Part shown: positions 29,208-38,900 of the stretch, piece after piece
How the letters are laid out: each line of letters begins with the position of its first letter
Position numbering within the stretch: the stretch's first letter is position 1
Source of the DNA: a virus
IMG/VR virus record: IMGVR_UViG_3300032284_002843
Span: 72,280-136,279 of that record
DNA length: 64,000 bases
Strand: one strand, 5' to 3'
Made by a program: the position numbers and the translations under genes
The notes under the pieces: model-generated
Databases searched by the model: none
What the model was told of the DNA's origin: nothing
The model's input: only the letters and a program-made list of their open reading frames with translations

Positions 29208-29798
29208 TTATACCGTTTGAATTCTGATGGTATAAACAATTTCTAACTGCCTATTAAGGCTCTTTTGCACAGGGCTGAACACCACGTGTGTAAGTAGTCT
29301 ACCCAGGCCTTGTCCGTTTGGATCATATGCTTTTAACCCTAATTCATTAAAAACATAAGGTCCTAAAATATTTGTAGCTGTATCAAATGCTTCTTGTCCT
29401 GCCGGCTCGTTTACACCCAAATTACATGTAACAATAATATCACTGTATGTTAAGCCATTAGTATGTGCTGTTGTTATGTAATTGTTAGATGGATCAGAAT
29501 TATATGGACTAAGATCATCAACAACTTTGATATAGGTTTGATTATAAAGTTGTGCACCAACTCCAATTACATTAGGTGGCAAATAGGTTATTGTACCGGT
29601 ACCGCTTACGGTTGCAGCACCGTTGCCAAATACCATTTCTTGTATCCAACTATCTGTGCGATTTGCTAGTGTTCTAGCTAAAGATATGGAAAAATTTTCA
29701 TAGTTTATTGCATTAAACTTATCCACCAATATTTCGTTGGTTACTTTATCTTTAATTAGTACATGTCCACTTATTCTTTTTTCACTAGTATCTATCAT
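29208..29798 (-). CDS. baseplate/tail structural protein
   Basis: GHVLIKD..., FGNG, FNELGL, LLTHVVF.PVQKSLNR...YTIRI. Confidence 0.7.
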   Translation of the reverse strand: MIDTSEKRISGHVLIKDKVTNEILVDKFNAINYENFSISLARTLANRTDSWIQEMVFGNGAATVSGTGTITYLPPNVIGVGAQLYNQTYIKVVDDLSPYNSDPSNNYITTAHTNGLTYSDIIVTCNLGVNEPAGQEAFDTATNILGPYVFNELGLKAYDPNGQGLGRLLTHVVFSPVQKSLNRQLEIVYTIRIQTV

Positions 29799-29807
29799 TT
29801 TTTTACC

Positions 29808-29951
29808 TTAGCAGGGCTTATTCACCAGTACTTCACCGGTATCTTTATCTATAATTTTTAAGTTAGCAAACAAAAACAAGTTTCCATTCTCATCTGGTAT
29901 CTCATTTTTTAGCTTTTCTGTATTATCCATAGTGTTATCTTGATCGACCAT
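29808..29951 (-). CDS. small 47-aa protein absent from the ORF track
   Basis: MVDQDNTMDNTEKLKNEIPDENGNLFLFANLKIIDKDTGEVLVNKPC; fills the gap; CTAAATA box upstream; resembles the N-terminus of the next gene. Confidence 0.65.
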   Translation of the reverse strand: MVDQDNTMDNTEKLKNEIPDENGNLFLFANLKIIDKDTGEVLVNKPC

Positions 29952-29958
29952 GGTATAT

Positions 29959-32900
29959 TTAGCTCCTTGTGCCTGTATGTTTCAACAAAAATTCAGCCAT
30001 TGCTGTATGGCTATATTGAATTCCATATTGGTCTGGTTCCCAAGAATATCCGTTAGGTAGCTTCATTTCTCTGCCAGCATCTATGACCGTGCTTAGCGCA
30101 ACATGGCTTACATTACTATCATAGCTGTTACTGTTCAAGCTAACAATTTTGACGTTTTTATATCCGCCAGGCGGTGCATCAAAAATATTAGCATATCTAC
30201 CAGGAGGTAGGCTTGGTGGGTTTATTTCTATACTATAATCAATATCGGTTCTTTGTAGTTTACCATCTACCCACACTGTTTCGGCGATGGCTTCGCCAAC
30301 TGGTTCAGTTGCAAAATAATGTGTTGAACTGTCGCCGTTATAGAAAATAGCAGAATATTGATCTTCTGGAGAACCCGATGTATTGTTTACATTTCTAACT
30401 ATTTGAGTTAAAAATGCTCTATTAGGATGTTGAACCGTAGGAGCCTGTTGAATTTCATAGTAGCCAATCAATTCATCGTTTATGTAAACATATTGAATGT
30501 TTGCTCCGTATGGTACAGAAACACGAGTGAAGTCACTGATCTCAATTTTATCACTGTTTGATAACACATCAGACAGAATTACACATTTCCTGTTATCATC
30601 AATCACAGTGCTTAATGTTTCATTTTCAGAAATTAATGTACGCCATGCAACGGATGGTCTTTCTGGTAATCCAACCATGTATGTTACAGTTACCGGACTA
30701 TCATGATTTGGTGCAATATGATCTCCTAGTCTGACAACCGTTCTATTATCGGCTATAGAATCCCAAGCGGTGATATCCCATTGATCAACTCCCCATCCTG
30801 TTTCAACATCGACATTTTCTACAACATAGTCATATGTTGGTGTTAATAATTGTTCATTCACCCAAACTGATATTGTTACAAAATCATACGGTGTAGTTGC
30901 CAATGCATACTCATGCTTCATGAATGTTTCAAAGCCTAATATGTCCCAAGGAGCACCATCCCACCCATTTTCATATTCAATAAATTCTTCAGTTACAAAA
31001 TTGTAATCTGCATCTTCTGCATAGGTTGTAACAAGAATATTATCACCATTCTGAACAGAGCCAGAGTAAAAATTAATATAAGTTGTAGGACCAACTGTGG
31101 TTAAGAAATAATTTGTAGTAGTACGCTTACATACTAACACTATTTCGCTGAGCATACTTGGGCTGTATGTAAACACAAGAATACTATCAGAAATATTGTA
31201 ATCTATGCCTAGAGTCTGTAAAACACTGTCTACATAAATTTCAACATATTCTACTGTTGGACTTACTATATCAACAGTGATTGGAAACTGTCTCGATGAT
31301 CCATCACCAAACCAAGTTTGAATTACAGGCGGTTCTAGTAAGTTGCCATTTTTTCTTACCAATGTTGTAACAAAATATGGCATACTATGTTGAGGATAAG
31401 TGTTTGTTAGTGGATACTGAAGAGGATTAGGTAGAGGATTAGTAACATCGATTGATGTTTCTTCAATTACACTAAATTGATTGTTATCAAATGTATTGAT
31501 TATTATAACAGCACCAACTGCTGGCGCTACTGGTAATCTGATAGCATTGCTCAATCTACTGTAAGCTGATGGTATACCATCTACAGTTACATAAATGCCA
31601 CCTGGATAACTTACTGTAGTTCCGGGTACTGTATAGTCGGTGGTTACACCATTTCCTGTATATACATATTCATTAAGTCTCTTTGTGTAGGCAACGTTCC
31701 AAGTTGAAGACGATCCGCCGATTGGATTAACAGATGCTTGTCCCAATGGCTGAAATGGAAGTTTTGTATACAGGCCACCATTTATTACATCAGCTTGTCC
31801 TGCTGCCCACGATACATAAATTGTAGCTCCTGTGCCTATTCCGGAAACAGATACAGGATTAGTAGGAATTACATTGTATTCTGTTTGTGTAGCACTGGAT
31901 AGAGTTTTGATACCCCATTCTACATTAAGCAGCACACCATACCCGTTATGATTAGTGCTGGAACTTGCTAGATTTAATGTAGGAGCATTTGGTAAATTAA
32001 ATTCTCCGCTGTTAATAATTTGTAGACTTGTTACTGCACCATCAACTGTAACGTGTGTTACCTTTAGAATTGCAGCAGTAAGACATCCTGATCCGGCTAG
32101 GGTAATTACGTCGTTGACAGCATAGTCGGCACCGCCAAATGCAGGACTTACGCTGACTAATTGTATAGTGTTAACTGTAAATGCTCCATATAGATTATTT
32201 GGAGTGTATAAGCTGCCTCCTATTAGTGTAACTTGATCACCAACATTATATCCTGTACCCGGATCCACTACAATAGCTGATGTATTTGTAACGCTGGTTA
32301 GCTGTAATTGAGCAGGTGTACCAACCCCGCCACTTAACGTAATAACATCATTAGGAGAATAATTATTTCCACCGTTCACTACATACGCTTTTTCAACACT
32401 GCGAGATCCGCCACCTGTGCTAATAGCAGTGATTCTCAATACTCCGCTTGGAGGAGGCGATAAGAATACAACTTTGTTTGTAGCAAAATTAATAACAAAG
32501 TCATTAGCTAATCCTTCTTTCTGAAGAACACTATTCAAGTAAACAAATACCGATACGGTGTTTTCAGGGGTTATACCAATATCAAATTGATCAATTACAC
32601 CATCAGTTTGATATACTCTAGTATTAACTAAAGGACGACCGCCTACCGATTGAACATAAGTATCAATTCTGATAGAATCTTTAGCTCGTAGACCGTAATA
32701 TTCCTCAGGATGATCACTGTCAACGTGAGGTATAACAAAATCACTACCGGAATAAATCGTATCTGTTTCATCTGTTGGCGCTTGTTCAAAGGTTGTTCCT
32801 GCATAAAGAATATAAATGTTTGGTTCAGGACTTGGTGCTGGTGCCGTATTGAAAACAATATTCTGGCAAGACCAGTCAACTTCGACTAAAGCATCTGTGC

Positions 32901-35900
32901 CAATACCAGGATGATTAAATGGATATTGCAGAGTATATGGTCCGCGTGTAACTGTTTGGTATGATCCTTTTCCTAATATCACACATTCAGTTATACTTCC
33001 ATGATTAACTGCTGTAACTTGTATTCTAACTGCTGCAATGCCATTGCCTGCAACTAGATCTAATTGATCACCAACGCTGTAATGTATACCTCCCTGAACA
33101 ATATAAACCTTTTCAGCATATGTTGGAACATACCATTCGGTTCCGTAATTTTTGATACTACCGTCGCTCCACACAACCATATCTAATGGGTTTTGTGGAT
33201 GATGCAATAGCTGGAATTCAGTAGTAATACCGTTACCTATTGCTGTGTCATATTGCGGTATTTGACCACCTTGAACTATTAAATCAAGATAATTGATAAT
33301 GGTTTGACTAGTTGGTTCCCATCCTATTTGGCTATCCCACGGACTTACTGACCATCCAATATCTATATTGAGATTCAAACTATTAAGAACTGTACTTCTA
33401 AAATCAACACCGATCATCAACTCTGATATAATTTTTGGTATCATACCCAACGTTGGAGAATAAAATTGATCAATACGATCAATTGCTCCATAAGAAGCAA
33501 GAGTTTGTTCTGCACTCCATGCAAATGTTGACCAAGTAGATCCCCATCCGATTCTCTGGCTAGGTGTAGCTATTCTATCAAATATTAATTTAGTTTTAAG
33601 CTGTCTGATTAAGTTACCATTTGTTTTGTAATTAGCCAAATAACTTTGATAGGTGTCATTATATATCTTCCATGCCAAACTGCCATCATCAGCCGGTACC
33701 GGTGCTTTGAAGTTTGGTGGAAAATCAAAATCTACCGCTGCAACATTACTAAGATCCGTGTATGTTTTACCTGTAACAAGTTCGCTTATTTTAACATGGT
33801 AAGGCTTTGCTTCGTTCAAAAATCCAATTATGCTGTCGGTTAAATCAACCGGTAACAATTGATATGTTGACAGTGGTTGATTAAACCCATTTAGACTTAT
33901 GTTACTTGTTTTGATTATCCAATCTACCTGACGTTGTTCGGATAACACATATTTTATCATAGTAAAGAATAGTTTATTAATTTCAATGCTATTTGGATTT
34001 CCAAATATAGCTTGTTTCAATCCATCTATAACATATGAAAACTCTACTCCACTTTGTGAATCAAATGCAGTCTGATCGAACGGATTACCATCGAACCCAC
34101 CAAAATTTTCAGCCCATTGATATATTGTGTCAGATATAGCTATTGATCCATCTTGCTGACCAACAAGTTGCCATACAGATCCATCATAGGAATACAATTG
34201 CCATTTATTTGATCCATCATTTAAAACTTTAACAACTGTGCCTGCTGCTTTCCCAGTTAATGATTCAAAATCATATATTGTAGCAACAATTAAATCAATT
34301 GTTGTTGACGAGCTGTATCCAGAAGCATACCAATCAACATAGTTCCAATAATTTGAAACCTTATAGTATTGAATTCTTTCCAACAACCAAGGACTTGATG
34401 TTCCTGTGTACTGCCAAACTGTCCAGAGATTATTCGTTTCAGTTACAGCATCTACCAACACAGTTTGACCAGGAGTAATTAAGCCTATCAATGCGTCTCT
34501 CTGTCCAAGATCAGTTACATGATAATCAACAGATGTTGTAGGTGCTGGTTCTTCAGCATTGAAATAACTTACCCAAGATACCTTACTGCTATCATTTACC
34601 AAAGGCGATGAGCTGCCGGCAATTAGATTATTGGCAGTGGTAACAAATAGACTACTTGCATTAATTCTATCAACAAACCATGTTTGTCTAGGTCTAATAA
34701 AATTGCCGTATCTCTGTAAATCAGTTAATTTATAGTATGGAACATCGTTGTCTGCTCCATCTATTGTTGTCAGACTAGATTTAAGTTTTTCCCATAGAGT
34801 ATCTTGCGGCTGGCTGTACTCGTCATTTTCTTTTAACAACTGCCATTCGTTAAAATTATTTGCATCATTTGGTGTTTTGGTGTAATTAATACGTTGAATA
34901 ATTTGATCAGCATTTAAAAATCTTGATACATTACCAACTAAAATATTTTGCTGACTAATTACGGCATACCATGGATTGCCGCCTATGCTTGGACTTTGTA
35001 TAAGCTGTGCTATTCCACTTGTAGTTAATTGCCTATTTGGACCAAACGGAGGAATACTACTATTCTTTACCCAAAAATAGTAATATGTTGTGCTGGTACC
35101 ATCTGGATTTTCTTCTATATATTCTGACCAGTTTGGAGCATCTGGGTTTCTGACACTGCCCGTAGGTGTAATATTTTGTCCATTGACTCCAACTCCAGAG
35201 CCTTGTGAGCCCGTCGCAACAGCACTTGCCCAATCTGAAGGCGGTATAGTGCTTCGTACCCATTCATATACATCAATACTAGTTCCAGGGGCCAGTTTTC
35301 CCCAATTGTCTCGTTTGTATGAGTCGTCTCCTTGATCATAATCAATATACCTCACTGCTGTTAAGTCCCACCAAACCGTTCCAATTTGTGCTTCGCCCCA
35401 TGCTTCATTGGCGTCTATAGCATAACCTGTTGAATTTCCACTGGTGTATTTGGCTGGATCATAATCAGTTTTGTAACTAATTTCCGCATCTGCCAACCCA
35501 ACTATACGACCTTTAGCCGGATCAAAATAATCAACATCTGCAATCTTTGCTTTACTAGCACCATTGTACAGCTCGCTTGATAAAATTAAAGCTGCATTAA
35601 TCTTATACTGTTGTTGCCTGTATGGTACCCAGTTGTTTTGCAAGAATTTATAAACTGTCCATGCACCTTGTACTATTCCTCCGTCGTCTACATAACACAA
35701 GTCGCCGGTGTTCCATCCTGCCGGTGGTGTATTGCTGTCCCTGTCAAATACATTTTTAAATCTAGTAGGTCTATAAACAAGTAACGTTCCGCCCGCACCT
35801 GCTTGGAAAGTGCTAATATCAATGCTAAAGGTATTTGATGTAACATTGAAAATAGTATAGGTACCATTAATATCTGCGACACCTGTGATTCCATAGATAA

Positions 35901-38900
35901 TGCAAATATCACCTTCTATCAATCCGTGTGAACCATTAGTAACTAAGACTGTAGGTTCTCCGCTAACTGAACTTGGTACAGTGTATGAGATAGTTGCATT
36001 TGGTTTATCAAGTCGTAGAACGGTCCAATCTCCTGCAGATGTAATAAATTGCCATACCGTATTACCTGCTACCAATGGATTAGCTGTTGTCTTCTGCGTA
36101 TCATATAATGACAACAGGTCAGATTGATTTAACACATAATAAGTTGTTTCGCCAAGTTGCACATAACCAGCACTTGGCATATCAGTTAAGATATCAACGC
36201 CATATGTAGGTTTTACAGCAAATAGCGGATCAATATAATTTTCTGGCGGAGTTACCAACATTGGATCGGCTGGAACAATGTCATAAACATAATCATTTGG
36301 ATTATCAGAATCTTGCTGTCCAAAAAATCTAATTTGCTGAGGATTATTGTTAATTTTACTCTGAGGAAGAATAAACTCAATAACTCTGTTTAGGTCATAA
36401 CCGCCATACCATGCTGTTCTAAAAAGCCATTCTTCAAAATATTGAAATGTAGAACCGGTTGGAATAATACTGTTATTTCTTAAAAGATTATTAAGAGTTG
36501 TTGCTGTACCCTTTTGACGAATGAATCCTTGATAAAATTCAAATTCCGTTGCATCATCTAATAAGAGATTTTGTAAATAATTTCTATTTTGATAACCAAT
36601 CAAGTGCTTACTTAAATTACTGAGATTAGAAGTATCAACGCCTCCTAATTCAGTTGTTAGGATTTCATTTGAACCTAATGGCTGATAAGTTGTTGGTTGC
36701 TCAATATTGAAAAACTTTGTGATGTCATCGGCGCTCTTATCAAAGTTACTGGTTAAGTTCCAAGTATTAGATGTTGTATTTTGCACAAGGAAATATCCAG
36801 GTATGTCAAGACGTCCTGTCCAATTTTTTGCCCTATAAGCATATATCAGCATACGTTGCTGACTTAGGTTAAACAATGGCTGATATATAATGTCATTAAA
36901 TGCTGTTGTATTATCAAAATACACTGCATGTTCTAAAGTTGTAGTATACAAACGCACCAGGAATAGGCCTTGATCATTTGTAGCCGATATAGTTATTTTA
37001 TCTTGCTCACGATTTACATTTAGATTATTTTGTTGGATAGGTTGCCCACCTCTATCCAATACTGGATATGTTCCTGATACAACGCCATTAACAAATTGAA
37101 TATTACCATATGGCTGAGAAAACTGTACTGTGTCAGCGCTAGGACTTACAGTGATAAAGGTACCGTTATCCCATACGCCTTGACTCCAGAACAGAAATTC
37201 TTTAGCGCTTTTTGACCAATTATTAATACTGTTAGAAGCATCATCATATGTTGTAAACAGCCATCCTTGGTTGGTTAGCCATCTACCGTAGCTAATAAGA
37301 AAATCGTATACTTGTTGTCTAGTTGAAAATATCGTGTCATAAGGTACTGTGGATGTTGTTTTTAATCCAACAAAATACTCAGTAACACGTTGAGATCCTA
37401 TAACTATAGAAGTTCTATCACCATGAACATCACTAGGTATAATTGTAAAAACTGGATTAATAGCATCATACCCTTTAACTCGCCATCCCTCGGCAATTTT
37501 TTCTATAATTACACCGCTATATACTGTTTCTTCAATACTATTGCTCTTGTATAGATACAAATTAATATTTTCAGACGGTACTAATCTTGAATTGTATCCA
37601 AGTTGTCCAAAACTATCAACCAAAGCTCTGAAACTGTCAGTTGGAGTAAAACCAGCCATTCTATGTGCAAGCTTTACGTCGCTACCTCTAATAATATTGC
37701 CAAAATAATTGGTAACATTATAACCTTTACTGATTACATGTTCACTTATCCAGTGTTGAAAACCGCAGCTACCAAAATAGGATAAATTAGATTCATTTGG
37801 TATATTCAGACCAATATTCAATGTTGTTGGATTTTCTCTGTGAACATAAAATTGTTGACTGCTTCTGCGACTGTTGGTATCCACATATATCCATTGATCA
37901 TACGTCTCATCTGCATACACATGTTCAGTTCTTAAAATGTCCCAGTTATATTCAACAAACTGAGCAGGTTTCATAAGGTAACCAGCTTTTGCTAAACTAA
38001 ATTTAAAATCACTGCTGTTTATCCAAACGCTTTCAACTGGGCCACCATCACCGAACACCCATGCACTTCTAGCGTCTAATACACTTGGAATATTAGCAGT
38101 ACATCCTGCTAAGAAAGGCGGTAATAAATTACCTTGTGGATCAACAGGGATGCATGATAATAATCCAGGTCGAGCCCAGGTAGCATCAATACCAGACCTT
38201 GCGCCTTGTCGAATTCTACCGTCTCGTAGATCTTCCCACATTGCAGTATTTCCGTTTGTGTAAGGTGCAGGCCCATATTCGCTAATCCACCACTCGGGCA
38301 TTATACTGAATCCTAACATTTCCCAAGGATGTGTATTTGGGCGGTCAGTATCATAATAATAACGATAAATGCCTTGCCAGTGTCCAGGTACAGGCTGACC
38401 TAAGGAGTCAGTCACACTGCGATAATTATAGCTAAATTGATTATTTGTATCATAACCGGTATTAGCAGTGTAATCAACTTGATTGTTAATTACCCATTTA
38501 TCAAAAGAGCTGCGTAAAATGCTGAGATATTCGTTGCTACTATAGTCAGTGCTTCTCCATCTACCGGGAATTTGTGCTCTTACATCAAACGCAGGAACAT
38601 AATCAACATTTGTATATGAAGGTGGCAGACTATTAAACAAGTTAAGTTCAAATTGTAGCCAGGCTGCTGCAACTGGATGACTCAATTGGCTGGGATTAGT
38701 TGTACTGGTCTGATCATGTAAGATTGTTCCAAGCTGGAAACCATCGGCATCGATTAAAACGATACGAGAGCCATCATGTGTTTGTAAAACCAATTGAGGT
38801 GTTGTATATGTGTTGTCTATATATACAACTGGTTGATAAGCAGGTGTAATACCTAACCGTGCCGGTGTTGCAGGAACATATGTTGGGTTAGTCTGTTCTA

